This document shows, piece by piece, positions 23,272-37,161 of a stretch of DNA of 64,000 bases. The position numbers were made by a program, and so were the translations under genes. Origin of the DNA: Calcarisporiella thermophila CBS 279.70 (lineage: Eukaryota > Fungi > Calcarisporiellomycota). The stretch is from the NCBI RefSeq assembly GCF_041956535.1, contig NW_027192199.1, positions 248,001-312,000 on the forward strand, read 5' to 3'. Numbering within the stretch: the first letter of the stretch is position 1; each line of letters opens with the position of its first letter. Under the pieces are notes generated by a model. It did not search any database. It worked only from the letters and a program-made list of their open reading frames with translations, and was not told where the DNA came from.

Positions 23272-25495
23272 CCTCGAAAAACAAAGAAAAAATTCTAACG
23301 TTTGTCCTTTCCAAGGAGATGAGAATGGCAGGAAATATATAATACAAAAAAATAGTGAAACACGAAATAAACATTGGTTTAATATTGCAGCTCTGACCCT
23401 TCCCGCTATCGCAGTAAGCATCAACGCTCATTGGATACATTTCTTTTTGTTGTAAAACATTGTCTCGAATCCTCTGGGATATCGACTTACTGAACCTATA
23501 TGTTCGAACATGATAGAAATGTAATCACGAATGAGAAAATAAGATGAATAATGATTTTTTGGGAAGAGTAACAACATAGCTTGTAAAAAAGGAATTTATC
23601 TTTTAATGGAGAATTACGGTAATGGAAGACTGTGATATTCTCTAGGAAATACACTTTCAAACCGACTTATGTCCCCAACAGTACTTTGGAGGGGGCTGGC
23701 TAGCCGGAGAATCCTGACCTACCCTTGTGAAATTATTTGAATAGACACTGCAGACGAATTCTACAATCAGATTTCTGCATATGAAAGAATACGAATTTGT
23801 AGTTGGGATAATACTTTCTCGAGTATGCCCCTGCCAAGTTGTTTGAAATTGACGAGACGGCTCTCACCAGAATAGACAAAATGTCTTACTTAGGGAGATT
23901 CTGCCCGTTGCCCAGTGCTTGTTTCTCCTTAGTGTGATGAACCTAGGAATAAATGAGGATTGCGGATTATTGCTTAGTGCTGTTGTCTAACCTCAGGGCT
24001 TCGAAAAAAAAAATACTATCTTCGATTTTAATTCTATCCAGAGGCATGTTTCAGAGAAGTGAACAGGCTTTAAGATGGATCATTTCATAGAAACCCGATT
24101 TAACGAAATCTATGAGTTCCACGCCCTCCGATCACTGGATCACTAATAAATTGTTCGCTATATGAGGATACGGGCACATTGGGCAAATTTGGCATTTCTC
24201 ATCCACTCATCCATAGAGTCACTCACAATAACGGACAGATAATGACCACAAGTTCTGCCACCTTGAACCCCACTGTACAATTATCGCCCTGCTGTGTAAT
24301 ACGATCAATCCTAATGACTCAAATTATCAAATTGTAGCTGATCTAGAATTCATTTCGCAACCCAGATGGATGATCATTAGCAACCAGAACAGCGGGACAC
24401 TGTACCTTTCGTCCCAAGAGTGATAAGGGCAAGAAACATTTTATCATACAAGGGAAAATTAATCCTTCCCTATCAGTTTCTTCATAGCTCTTGGGTATTC
24501 TATCTTATCCTATCTTATCGACCTTGAAACAGCGTGATTCAAATACATGTAGCGAATGACTAAAAATAAAATTGCAACCTCTATGTGCCGTATATAGAGA
24601 ACGTCATTATACGTGGGTGCCAAATAGTTTACTCTATGCAGTTTGAAATCTTATTGTGAAAGACACACTGCTATATCTTTTGTGTATCCATGAGCAATTG
24701 CTTAGAGTGATTCCGCCTCCTTGATCAGGCCGCTTATCCCAAGGACAGTTGGGTTGGTCGTTAGATAACACTTAATTCATGAAATTTCATTTAGCAATAA
24801 CACTCATGTGATGTATTTTGGCGGATGGTCCGAGTTCAGGAGATAGTTGAGTTTAAAGAGTGGAGCAACTACTGTAGACCCTTACTCCGGTTTCGGATAT
24901 TAACAGCAGAATTAGAATATAAAGTATAATTCTTTCTCGGAAGGACCCTTCATTGCTAGCTATATGTTCATTTGGTGGAGAGCATCAAAAGGTATGTAGT
25001 AAGCGGATTTATACCTCTTATATTTTTTCTTATACTTCATTATCTGCGAGGAAATGAAATTCCGGATTTTGCACGCTGGACTACATATTAGCTAGAATGG
25101 TCTGAATTTGCACCTCCTTACTCTGGACAAAACTTCAGATCAGAGGTATTTGATATGATTGAGAGACAAGTAAGGTATAGTTTCTCCTTCGTTACGTTCT
25201 TTCTATTAGGCTAGTGTCCTTACATATACGCCTTAGTTTGGCTCTAAGTTTCTCGCCCCGCGTTGTTTACTAGTTACCATAAAAGAATACAATGAAATTA
25301 AAAGGCTAACTTGGCCAATCAAGTCACCAACGGTTTTTCTCTCTTCTTCTCTCATTGTCCGCGTCTGCTTTTTACTCTCCCCATCTTTCTGTTCCATTTT
25401 GGCGAATTGTGTCATCTGCTTCCGAATAATTGGTGTTTTCCTACTTTTCTCTCGTTCACTTTGCGACAATATACAATTCATTTAATCATCAAGTC

Positions 25496-27260
25496 ATGGC
25501 CGGTGAGATTAATTTACCTTACACGTTGTAGCTTTGCCAGTAGTTTTTATTATTTTACCTTTCAGTGGAAGATGCCCTCATGCCTGCCGGACAGGAGCAA
25601 AAATTGATTAATGGCAAGGTGAGATTAGCATCTTATGTCATTTTCCCCTTAGCTTGCTCACACTGCTTGGTTGTACATTAGTCTGGAATCAAGGTCTTGC
25701 GCAAGAAACTGCAGGGCTATGTAGGCTTTGCGAATCTCCCCAACCAGGTACACAGGAAATCCGTCAAGAAGGGTTTTCAGTTTACGGTGATGGTAGTTGG
25801 TGAATCGGGGCTTGGAAAATCTACACTCGTCAATACTCTATTCAATGCAAATCTTTATCCGCCGAAGGGTGAAGTTGATCTCTCAGCAGAAATACCCAAG
25901 ACAGTGCAAATTCAGAGCATCTCAGCCGATATTGAAGAGAATGGTGTAAAACTGCGATTAACGGTCGTGGATACACCTGGCTTTGGAGATTTCGTAAACA
26001 ATGAGGACAGGTACTATTGATTACCCCCCTCCTCCCTAAACACGGAACGGTGCCATTCATGCAATTTCTAATTACTATTCTGAATTAGTTGGAAAGCCAT
26101 CCTTGAAAACATTGAATCTCGCTACGATTCCTATCTTGAACAAGAGAACCGTGTAAATCGCCATAAAATTGTTGACAATCGTGTTGCTGCCTGCCTATAC
26201 TTCATTGCTCCAACTGGGCACTCGTAGGTTTTTCCACCTTTTTCTTTTTATCTCTGCCTCAAGGTCTATAAGGCATACTTTCTAACTCCATTCAATTTCA
26301 AAACACCTAGTTTGAAACCTCTGGATATTGAATTTATGAGACGTCTTCATAATCGTGTTAATCTTATCCCCGTAATCGCCAAGAGTGACACTTTAACAGA
26401 GGAAGAAATTGCAGTATTTAAAGAGCGGGTGTGTTGATTAACTCCAATGTACCAGTTTCGAATATGCTCATTTTTTTTTTGCTTTTGAACAAGATCCTTG
26501 CCGACATTGCCTATCATAATATAAACATTTACCGCGCACCCGTATATGAATATGACGACGAAGAAACCATTGTGGAAAATCGCGAAATAATGGTAACAAA
26601 CAAACTTGATTGCTTATCTAATCTCGATTGTATAAACTATTTTTTAATACAGTCCAAGATCCCGTTTGCTGTTGTGGGCAGTAATAAAGAAATTGACCTT
26701 GGGAACGGAGTACGCGTTCGCGGACGTCAGTATCCGTGGGGCATGATTGAAGTTGATAATGAAGAGCACTGCGATTTTGTCAAGCTCAGACAGATGCTTA
26801 TCCGCACTCATATGGAAGAGCTTAAGGTAATAGGAACTTTTACTGCTGTTAATTATTCCACCCTTCACTTAGTGCAACATTATTTTAGGAAAACACTCAC
26901 AACATTCTCTACGAAACCTACCGCAGTGAAAAACTCGCTGCCATGGGCATTCAACAAGATGACCGAGTATTCCGAGAGGTGGCCGACCCCCTCGCCAAAA
27001 TGGAAGAAGAACGTCGTCTGCATGACCAGAAGCTAACGAAAATGGAGTCGGAAATGCGTACAGTGTTCCAGCAGAAGGTACAAGAGAAGGAGGCTAAGCT
27101 GAAGCAAAGCGAAGAGGAACTATACGCACGGCATCGTGAAATGAAGGAGGCGCTTGAAAAACAGCGATACGATCTCGAGGAGAAAAAACGGCGACTCGAA
27201 AGTGGTCGCCCACAAACCCCCGAAAAGAAGAAGAAAGGCTTTGCATTTAGTTCTAAATAA
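25496..27260 (+). CDS. CDC3: Septin, Cdc3/AspB (SEPT7-like) group
   Basis: [70 protein letters not shown], and a C-terminal coiled coil. Confidence 0.93.
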
Positions 27261-27546
27261 TATGATTTTTTTTTACTTACGTCTCTTGGGGAATAATATC
27301 AGGTTTTACCCAATACTTCATTTAATACTAATTCACTTGTTTTTCATATACCGTCTCATTTATCTTTCATTCCTTTTCAGTGCCTCCTTCTTTCGGTTAT
27401 TACACTTTCAATTATAATAGGATTTGCCAAGCGAGTCGCTCTTTTCTAACCGCGTTTTGCAAATTTTTTTTTTCGCCTTTATTCACAAAAATAAAGTGGA
27501 CAAATTCTTTTTAATCTCGAGAATTGCAAAAACGCTTGCGAATAGT

Positions 27547-28281
27547 TTAAGCCGAAGCAGCAGCTGTCTTCTTAACAGCCTGAGTGCCCTCGCGGAAACC
27601 GTTCTTGAACCGGCGGCTCACATTTCGCAGGTAGCGCATGCGTCCAGTACCGGTAGTCTTTCTCCTCTTAGCCTTTTGGCCCCACTCATCTAGATAGGGA
27701 AGAACAAATTAGACTCATCCGGGTTAAAATGCACACAATGTTGTAATATTTACAGTGACGAAGCTTGGCCGCAGGATAACCGCACTGAGCGCACGTCTTC
27801 TTTTGCTTGTGGAAAGAACGGCGACCGCAGCGGATGCACAGGGTGTGAGACTTGGTGTGTCTCTATTAAGCGTTAAAAAAATTAGTACCATTCAATGGAA
27901 AAATAATGGATCGCCCCGATGATACGTACCTTACCAAAGCTTTGGGTGCCCTTCGTCTATAATATAAAAAGATCAATGTTAGTTTTACGATCGAGAAATT
28001 GGCTCGAAAAAAATGCAATCATCAAAGGCTGATTGTCATAATTCTTCCATCTATTGAGTCATTATATCCATCGTACAACCACCGCATCCAATAATTGGAC
28101 GATCTCTTTTCCTTCCAAACATTGCTAACGTAATGCGATTTCCTCGAATAGTATGTTCCTTATTCCTCCAGCATCCACATCCATACTCCAATCCATTTTG
28201 ACAATATCCAAAAGTATAAAAGAATTCGATAGGCACGACAGTGCATCCAACGGATGGATGCATGCGCAATCTACTTACCAT
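27547..28281 (-). CDS. RPL37: 60S ribosomal protein L37 (eL37)
   Basis: ATG-only first exon (28281-28279) then TKGTQSFGK|[30 protein letters not shown]...[28 protein letters not shown]. Confidence 0.96.
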
Positions 28282-29031
28282 GATGAACTTTCAAATGGGG
28301 TACCGAAAAACACAGAAATGAGGAATGGATTAAAGAGGAGGAAACACTGTCGATGGAGTTGCAAGGCAAGTTCAATTGGGCTGTAAACTGCCCGCAACAA
28401 AATACAGGTTAGGTTACTTAACGTCCAATGACCTACGTCACAAAATGCTGGTTGACATTCTAGCCTCTTTTATATTCGAAGGGCTTGGTGCGGTTGAATA
28501 CTGCATTCATGAAAATAAAAAAAATGAAGAAATATAGTTTTCATTCAATTGTAGCAAAATCCATGTCCAACTTATAGAAAAAATGTAGTTTATTAGATCC
28601 CCTTAGGTGTTAAAATTTATATCGCTGGACTCGTGGTTTTTATATTCTCAAATTGACGGGTCATATTTTATTTGTTTAGTAAGGTGCAGAAAGTGCATAG
28701 TAGCTTTAATTAGGCTAATTAAGCAAAAATTATAGGCTGATATCGCAAAAGTAAATAAATAGTAAAGGCTTACGATAGACTACTGTTAACACATACATGA
28801 AATACGAACATATAATATGTGTACTTAAGAGTGCTGTATTAGCTCAGGCCAAATGTCAAATATGATCAGCTTGAAAACACTCCCTAACCCTTGTGGCATA
28901 ATGTAACTGTGGATGCTATATAAATAAGGTTTTTCTTCCTTATAGTGGATGATCGCGAATAGAAAGAAGAAAATATGATCGTTTTTTATTATCAATAAAA
29001 CCAGAACTGTATCGGATAAAGAAAATATCTT

Positions 29032-32000
29032 TTAATATTCGAAAAGCTCCTTGATGCGCTGCGTTAAAATCTGAATAAACACCATGCGTGATCGATGCTG
29101 CAGCCCAACAATTTCCTTCGTCTGTAAAAAACGGACCATTAATTCGATTTCTCCATCTCTTTACGAATATAATAGAAAAACAAAAGGTTACCAGCTCTAG
29201 CCCCGCTACTTTCGTTAATACGGGCTTCAATACTCCGCACTCTGTCCGTAACACTTCAAGGTCGGAGGCACTAGGCTCAATTCCACCAGTGCGACGTTCC
29301 CTCATGCTTGTATCGAGTCGAATGTCAGGGCGGTCCGAAGATGATGGCTGATAGCGTGTGAGATAATAGTCAAGATGGCGCCACACAAGAAGCAACGCCA
29401 TTTCGAGGATGTCTACATGTTGAAACCAAATTAAAAATAGAGTGAGGATTTAGTCAATAGTCCAAAAGTCCTTGTTCTATTAAGTGGCACATACGAAGGG
29501 TGGATAATATTTCTCGAGCCTTTCCAGGAATGGACCGCTTTAATATCTTTAGCGCAAGATGTTTACGCTGCATGGTTGTTAATTCATCTACAAACCCGTC
29601 CTCAATTACAGACACAATCTAATAAAACCGTTAGGTCCAAATGTTTGAAAGGGATCAAAGCATAAAAAGTGTGCTCTACTCACCTCATTTACTTCTTCTA
29701 GAGACATCGCACCGATATTGTCTTGTTTAAAAGTTAATTCGTTGTGTTCGTTTATCTGAGTGATGAGCTCGTCAGTGGTGTTGCGCAAAAATACCACCAA
29801 TGTACCAAGAGAGACTCCAGAAATAGATGCTAATGTGTCGCGTCAGAATATAATGTAAGTAAAGAAGTGTGGTATCCATATGAAGAATTAAAAGCACCTG
29901 GTTGTGAAAGAGAGAAAATATCTTTCTCGTGAGCAGCAGCAAGAGAGTAGGAGAATATTGGCTTGAACTCAGGCAGAGCTAGATGGCAGAAAAAAAATTT
30001 AAACATTTGTTTCTCTAATGCTCCCTCTCACTAAAAGAACTTACATCGATCAACACCAGCGTCGGTCATTACTTGAAAGAATCCAAGTAGATTTTTACAA
30101 ATATCTCTTACAATGATGTCAGCGTCTTGCCTAAACAGAGATTTGTTCAGTGAGCGCCCGAGGTATTTTGCGGTTGTCTGTGAGCGGGCGCGCTCTTCTG
30201 CGTTGATAGGGGACAGATTTGCCGACCATTGGTCCGGCTCAAAGAAGCGCGTCAAGTTGGTGAGAAGGGTGAAAAACACACCCAAGCCACCCGCAGTTTT
30301 GCGAGTGAATAGGTCTGGCCGTCCACTGAGGAAGTAGAAGAGAGCGGTGATGAGGCGTATCTCTCGCAGCTGTGCAAGTGTAACTACCGAAGGTTTGTCA
30401 CGGAGGATTGCTGAAAGAACCTCCTGGTGATGGCCAACCCAATTAACTACCTATTATGGTTTGTACGTGTTAGGATCTTGTAACAATTTCAGCCAGAAAC
30501 AGACTGGAAGATAATCTCACCCGATTCACGGCTGCGGAATTGCCCCTTCCCATGGTCGAAAGTAGTGCAACCAGAACTTGCAATGGTGGCTCAAACAAAT
30601 CGTGATATCTCTCAACTGAAGTTGGTATAAAAGTATCAAAGCCTACAGAAATGATCTTAGTTTTGCTTAGGGACAGGGTAGGATCAAATCTACATACCGG
30701 TGTCGCTAACGTCTATCTCCGGCCTCTGATCTAAGAATTGACATTCAGTCAACACCTCTATGAATCCACTGCTTAGCAGTTTTTCTGCTCCATCTTTGCG
30801 CTGTGCGATTCGTAAAAACAGGGACATTTCCGCCCGATAGACGTAGAGAGAGCTCATCATTTCTTTTGCCAAACAAAAAATTTTTAGCATAAAATTGGAA
30901 TAATCGCCAGAATAGCAATGTCTCATTACCAGGATATTCTTTGAGAACCCCCTCAAGGGCCGTGTCGTCTCGTTTTATCATTTCGATAAAGTGCTTGAGA
31001 AAATTACGTCGCACCATATATGTGACGATACGATTCACTTTTTCCCGATGCAACAACAAGCATAAAGCATCTAGCGCAATAAATGCTGTTGTGCGCCATG
31101 CATCACTACCATCGGATGCATCACGACAAATGACCTCTAAAAATCGTTCTCCAGCTCCATTGATCACCGAAACGTTTGCGGCTTCGATCCCTGCGCGCTC
31201 ATCCTTTCCAAATGATGTTTTCTCTTCTGCATTGGCCAGGGCGCTATCATCATATCCACCTGTATAGCGTAAATAATTCAACATTGCAACATATAGGTTC
31301 CCACGGGTTGCAATGGTCGTATGAGGGCGTTGGATGCCTTCCACAATCCCGCGAAAGATTAACTGGAGCCGGTCGTTAGGAATGTCCTCACCCGCATTTT
31401 GAACAGATTGGCGCTCCTGGTCCTCTCTGAGCTTGTACACCAGCCAAGAGAGTACCTGACTCAACTCCTCGGATATTTGGCTAGTGTTATCCGTCTCCGC
31501 CAGGCGTCGTAGGAGTGCACCCACAATATCACAGATAATTGACTCACGCTCCGGTGGCAGTAGCTCGAAGCACTCACTGAAAGCAATGGAGACCACTTGC
31601 TTCCACGCGCGTAAGCAATGCAGCTTCGCGTGGTAGAGCTCACGCTGCCGGTTTTCCGCAACGAAATGCATCAACACGGCCCGCATCTCCTGTTTTACTC
31701 CCGCTCGATTAACGCCAACATTTCCTTGTCGCTCCAATTGATGCTGCGCGGTGCGGAGAAGTGCATAAATCGCCCGTAAGTCATAGACGGAGCAACCACG
31801 CTCATTCATTCGTAAGCACGCATCGAAATTGAGCTTCTGGAAATGATAAGGCTGGAATTCCTCGAGTGCAAATTCATCGTGCCACACAAAGTCGAGCGAG
31901 TCCAGTAGCTCAAGCAGTTTCATTAATGGCTGCTCAAAACGGTTTCCATTTCCACCGACAATGACATCGGCCACCATGATATCCTCGTCCCCTTCGAAAA

Positions 32001-34125
32001 TACTACTGAACAAGAGATCGAGAAGTCTCTGGGTTCGGGACCGTTGACCAGCGGAGGTGGTGATATGGAGCTCAAGCGCCAGGTTCTTAAGGATCCATGC
32101 ACGCTGGTGCAGCTGCGAAAGCACCGCATTGTACTCGGCAGAATAACGTGTGCCATCATAACCAACTATCTCGCCGTTAGCGTAATCTGAGTGGGGAAGA
32201 AGCCGTGCAGGGATCATTTTCATTTGACGATAGAAATAATCCTCGCGAGTGCGGAGATAACGCATAGTGGGCGAGGAGGTATGCTCATCACAGCAGAGCC
32301 GATACATCAACTGATAACAACGCTCTGCAAGCACGGGATGCTCGATCCACAGCGGCACAACCCAACCTTCTCCAGACCCCTCTGCTTCTGTTTCAGCCTC
32401 CGGGTCTGTCCCAGCACGTAGTAAATCCAAGATGACGTGAAGGCAAGAGAGATTCCCGCCCGCAACCGTAGGGTCCTCAATTTCCGTCTTCGTCATGGAG
32501 CGCAGATCGTAGCCCAGCAGATAATGGGACACAGTTGGCGGTACTTTATCTCCTTCAAGATTACGTAACAGAAGCCCCAATATCGCTAACCGCAGAGTAT
32601 TCGTTAGACCGGGCTCCTCGGTTTCTTCTTGTACGCCCTCCAAAATGAGAGGCACTTCTGTACTATCGTCTGCTTTTGATTCCGTCCCGTAGCCGACTTC
32701 AAGCCGTTGCATGAATCCATGGAGTATCGCAATACTGTATTCGGATGATTCAAGAAGCGCTGTGAGTCTGTCAAAACGATCGTTACCAAATTTGGATGTT
32801 CCGACAAAGCTGGTTGAATCAGCTAGCGCTTGCAAAATCTTGACCGACAGCAGGCATATTTCATCGTTAACTCGACATCCCACTAACCGGGCAATGTGTA
32901 CAACAATGTCCTGGCGGTAGATAAGGAGTCGCTCTATTGGGCCTAGCGATGGTGGTAAAACGACCTGAGTGTTAAGAGGGCCTTCAATAATACCCGGTAC
33001 AAGTACGTCCAAGAATATGTTTTGTATCTGAAGAGTACGCCATAGGATGCGAAGACATCGCAAGATGGATTTGATCAATTCTGGGGGCGAGTTCTCGTTC
33101 ACTTTGTCCACCCCGTGCGTGATAATGCGGCAGATTTCCTCAAATACGTTCTGGCCCACCAGCAAACGCTTCATAATCTCAAACCCGGGATGGAGCACCA
33201 GCGCCTCAGTATGGGAGAGGGCTGTTACTCCGAATTGACCGACTGTTGTCTTCTGTGTCTGGTGTTGCTGTTGTTGATCCATTCGTAGTGCTGACAACCC
33301 AACGGCCTCGGCCATTACACCTTCGATCATCATTCCGCTCAAATCGAATGTGATGAGACTCTTTTCGACCAGTTTTAGAGACGCCTCACTAATTTTCCAA
33401 CGTTCCGCGGGGTCCGAATATCCCCTACTCGCTGCCTTTGCGAGCACATGATCAAGGACAAAGTTAATGTAAGGAGTAATACCGGGAATTCTTGTTCCAG
33501 CGCCCAAATTCTCGGGTATGGAGGGTGATACAACTCCTAGGCCCGCTAGCAATGCTACCTTTTTATGTGGTGTATGTATAAGTGCGTTTAACAGCTGTAC
33601 AAAAGATAGCGTCTCGGGATACGTTTCTTTTGCAGACTCTATTTCTTCAAGCTCGAAACAGATACCACCTTCAGCATCCCATCGGGTAGTATGTACAATC
33701 TGCGATTGTTCCAATAAATCCCACACACTACGAGAAATATCATTCCCAACTCCACCATCGGGCCGGCAGAAAGCAGCAATCGCATCTAGAATTGAGGCCT
33801 TGAGTTCGACAGGCACCGCGCAAGTCAAAAGGCGAAAAAGGTTGAAAATGGCATTATATTCGCGGTTTTCGTGTAATGTTGTACGCAGAGAGGGGTTTTC
33901 GGTTACTGCATCCTTGAGCTGTTTAAGATAAGTAATTAAGACATTGACATCTTCCGGGGATATGGTTGGAAGCGTAGATCCGGGAGGAAGGGTGGTTGGT
34001 TGAAGATGATCTACATAGTATTGGAGTGCAGTGAAAAGGTTGGACCATGTCCGCATACTTGGCGCGTTGGTCTGCATGGACTGTGTGAAGCTTAAAATTT
34101 CGTGTGAATGCTGTGAGCGTCTCAT
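29032..34125 (-). CDS. NUP192: Nucleoporin Nup192/Nup205 family, apparently missing its N-terminal part
   Basis: Large alpha-solenoid. LTCAVPVELKASILDAIAAF, GICFELEEIESAKETYPETLSF, IPENLGAGTRIPGITPYI, PPTVSHYLLG, TMRYLRTREDYF, YRAEMSLFLRIAQRKDGAEKLL, ALLLVWRHLDYY. Confidence 0.88.
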
Positions 34126-35824
34126 ATCATTACGCGTGATTATAAAGATTACACGATTAAGGACGATCGTGTTTACCTTCTTCTATTGTCCGACGTTTTT
34201 CTGAATTCGATGTTATAAGCCACCAGCTATGTATTCTAAGGATAGCCTCGGATATTTCTGATAGCTCCTATCAGAATGATCGATTTCATTTCAACACTTG
34301 TGAGAAAAAGTGTCTAAACGCATAGTCTTAATCCCGGGATTGCTTTTTAAATGAGAAAAAGCGAGATTGTGTATACATAGGTGCTTCGGGCGTCAGCACA
34401 TTTGTTTCCTTTTTTCAGGACCAACTCGTGGGTAACTTTTCATCATAACATTGTATTGTTAATTTTATGAAGTGCGCAAAAGCAATTTTATATAGGCTCG
34501 TTTTTTTGATTGAGCATTTTTATAAGTAGCAGTAAGCTTTCCACTCCCCCCAGCTTTTCACGGAACATACTATATCCTAGGAATACTATGAGTGTCGATT
34601 TGTATATTGGTTCAAGTCTCTCCAGGATTCTCGCTTCTGCTATACATTACTAGTGTAGTATATTGATTTAACAATTCTAGTAGAGATATAACCAAAAGTT
34701 CTCTGCGGTTATTTCTGCTTTGCGGAAAATTGTTTGTCGTATGACCTGACACTTTTTTCCTTAGAGGATAAAATTTGCCATATATGTACCTCGGGAGTGA
34801 CTACCAAAAAAGAGAAGCGTGATATAGTAATAAAGTACAGTAATGTAAAACCGGTTTTATATGAAATCCGATGGACCTGAAGAGAGCGAAGAGCATGTTT
34901 GCAAAAAGCGCACGTGAAACATTCAACGATGGTGAGAAAATTGCGAAGTGGCAATAGAAGTATCACGAAATGGTGCTTATTTTGTGTAATTACAACCTGA
35001 AAACGTTGATGAATCTCCCATTACGAGACCTTTACGCATTACCAGGACGGCAAAAGCTACGCCCTTGGTTTTGGGGGCATTTTTAGCAGCGACAGAGTGC
35101 ATCTCACCCTCGGACCATTCTAAGCAAACTACCAGTTTCTGCATTTGGCATCTCTTCAAATCGGATTCGTATTCACCTCAAGCTTCACCGGTGTTCTGCA
35201 TGTGCAGATTCTTTCTAGTTAGAAGCAAATAGGGGCACCCTGCGATTATCGGCGCTCACTGATTCACTGCACCTCAAGGGCGCTCTGAAATCTGCTGGAC
35301 CGTGAGCAACGAAAGGCGAAGAGTATCAAAACGGTAGTACAAAAAAACAAACCAAAGACTTCTGCAAGCACACATGCTTGATCCAGGTCCCGTTGTTCTA
35401 GTAAAAACAACGAGGCATCTGGACGATCCCAACCACAAGTCTATTCTGGCGATAAAATCAATGCCATGATGTGCGTTAATTCTTTGTTCTCTTGAGCGCG
35501 TCTACTCGCACCCACCAGAATTCTATGAAGACAAGTGACCAAATATTGCGCGCATTTTTGTCATTTCAACATCAGGAAAGGGCCTTGGGTCCTGAGGTCG
35601 CTTAGATCTTTCACTCGGTGAAGTTTGGCGTACTCGGGTCAGTTGGACTGTGAGCTACACGCAAGGGATGCGGTGGAAACGCTCTAATGGCCATCGTCCT
35701 TTATTCGAACTGAATACTTCCGAACACGGACCACCTACATGATAAGTGTAATTTTTCTAATATAGTAGTGGGCAAATTCAGGAGGACGTGCCGAAGAGAA
35801 ACTGCTGCGCCGTAAAAGAGAGCT

Positions 35825-35832
35825 TATATAAA
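35825..35832 (+). promoter_or_regulatory. TATA box of the Tyr-rich secreted precursor gene
   Basis: TATATAAA about 105 bp upstream of the ATG at 35934, followed by a pyrimidine-rich tract. Confidence 0.6.
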
Positions 35833-35933
35833 GCCCAGATTCTCTTCTCTTTTCGACCAAATTAAATCACACATTCATTTGAAATACAAAGTTTACACTA
35901 CTCTATCTATATTTCCAACTAGCATTGTTAAAA

Positions 35934-36587
35934 ATGAAGTATTTCGCTCTTTTCTGTATTTTCCTTACTCTCTTTGCCTTTACCACGGCCCTCCCAACCT
36001 TCGATAAGCGCGATCCCAGCGAGATTGAGCTCGCTGATGTGAAGGCCCACTCCTTGCACAAACGTACCTGGTGGCTTTTGTATCCCTATTACTATCGTTA
36101 CTACTACTATCCCTACTACTACAACTATCCCTACTACTATTACGGTTATGGTGCTAAAGGTGCTTCTGCTCAAGGCTCCGCTGATGCCAGCGCTCAGGGA
36201 CAGCAGGCCCAGCAAGTTGCGCCCGAAGCACAGCAGGCCGAGCAGATCGCGCCGCAAGCCCAGCCAGAACAACCTACTGCGCAAGAACAGCCTACTGATG
36301 CCTCCGCTCAAGGTGAACAGGCCGCCCACGTTGCTGCCCGCTCTCTCGATGCGACTGAACATGCTTTGAGGAAGCGTACCTGGTGGCTCTTGTACCCCCA
36401 CTACTACCGCTACCCCTACTACAACTACTATGGCTACTACCGCTATCCCTACTACTATGGCTATGGTGCTCAGGGTTCGGGCGATGCCTCCGCTGCATCT
36501 GCTGACGGTCAAGTCCAAGCAGCCGGATCTGCTGATGCCCAGGCTCAGGCGGCTCAGGCTCCGGCGGCTCAGGCTCCGGCCAACTAA
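35934..36587 (+). CDS. Secreted Kex2-processed repeat protein (KEP-like) with two Trp/Tyr-rich cores
   Basis: Signal peptide MKYFALFCIFLTLFAFTTA and three KR sites. Two repeats of KR-TWWLLYP(Y/H)YYRY...YYYGYGA followed by Ala/Gln-rich tails. Intronless, with strong TAC codon bias. Confidence 0.88.
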   Translation: MKYFALFCIFLTLFAFTTALPTFDKRDPSEIELADVKAHSLHKRTWWLLYPYYYRYYYYPYYYNYPYYYYGYGAKGASAQGSADASAQGQQAQQVAPEAQQAEQIAPQAQPEQPTAQEQPTDASAQGEQAAHVAARSLDATEHALRKRTWWLLYPHYYRYPYYNYYGYYRYPYYYGYGAQGSGDASAASADGQVQAAGSADAQAQAAQAPAAQAPAN

Positions 36588-37161
36588 AATATATATTCGA
36601 TTTCTATATTTCATATTTTTATCGTTAATAAGTATTAAAAGTAAGAAGCAGCCTTAATATATATGTGCCATCATTTGTACGACTATTATGTATGACTGCC
36701 CTGAGTAATATAATACAATAATTTAATAATAAAGATGGATATACTTCCTATATACTAACCGCCCGCTTTAAATACGCAGTCATCTGCAAGGCATCCTATT
36801 GGAAAGAAAGATCATCTCTTTGGACATTTTTTGTCCACACAGATTATTTTGAAGCTGCCTTAGAGTAGTGTATAATTCGTCGCATGGGCCCAAGTCATTC
36901 AAGTCGCTAATAAAATTGGTTAGAGGAAAATAAGCAGTACAAATAGCATGATATTGGCCTCTTTTCTATGACGCAAATTCTGATTTTCAAACTATTCCGC
37001 AAAGTAGTACAGAGCTAAGATTAATCCTCGTCCTTTACCGAAATACTGAGAATAAAACGATTTGTCCAGCCAACGCGTCATCATCCGTTGTTCTAGTAGC
37101 ATTATCGCTAGCATCCTCTTAGTTTTTCTTTTTTTAAGACTTGAAGCTATCCAAACTCCCA

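Noticed and set aside
23460-25230. 1.8-kb ORF-free stretch as a possible mobile element or ncRNA
   Set aside because: No termini, TSDs or RNA motifs found. It fits a divergent promoter region between the methyltransferase and septin genes.
27957-28278. snoRNA in the long first intron of RPL37
   Set aside because: One TGATGA near the 3' end, but no downstream CTGA box D or convincing H/ACA structure.
19762-36587. Methyltransferases plus the Tyr-rich precursor as a RiPP biosynthetic cluster
   Set aside because: They are more than 12 kb apart and separated by housekeeping genes (septin, RPL37, Nup192), with no adjacent oxidase or transporter.
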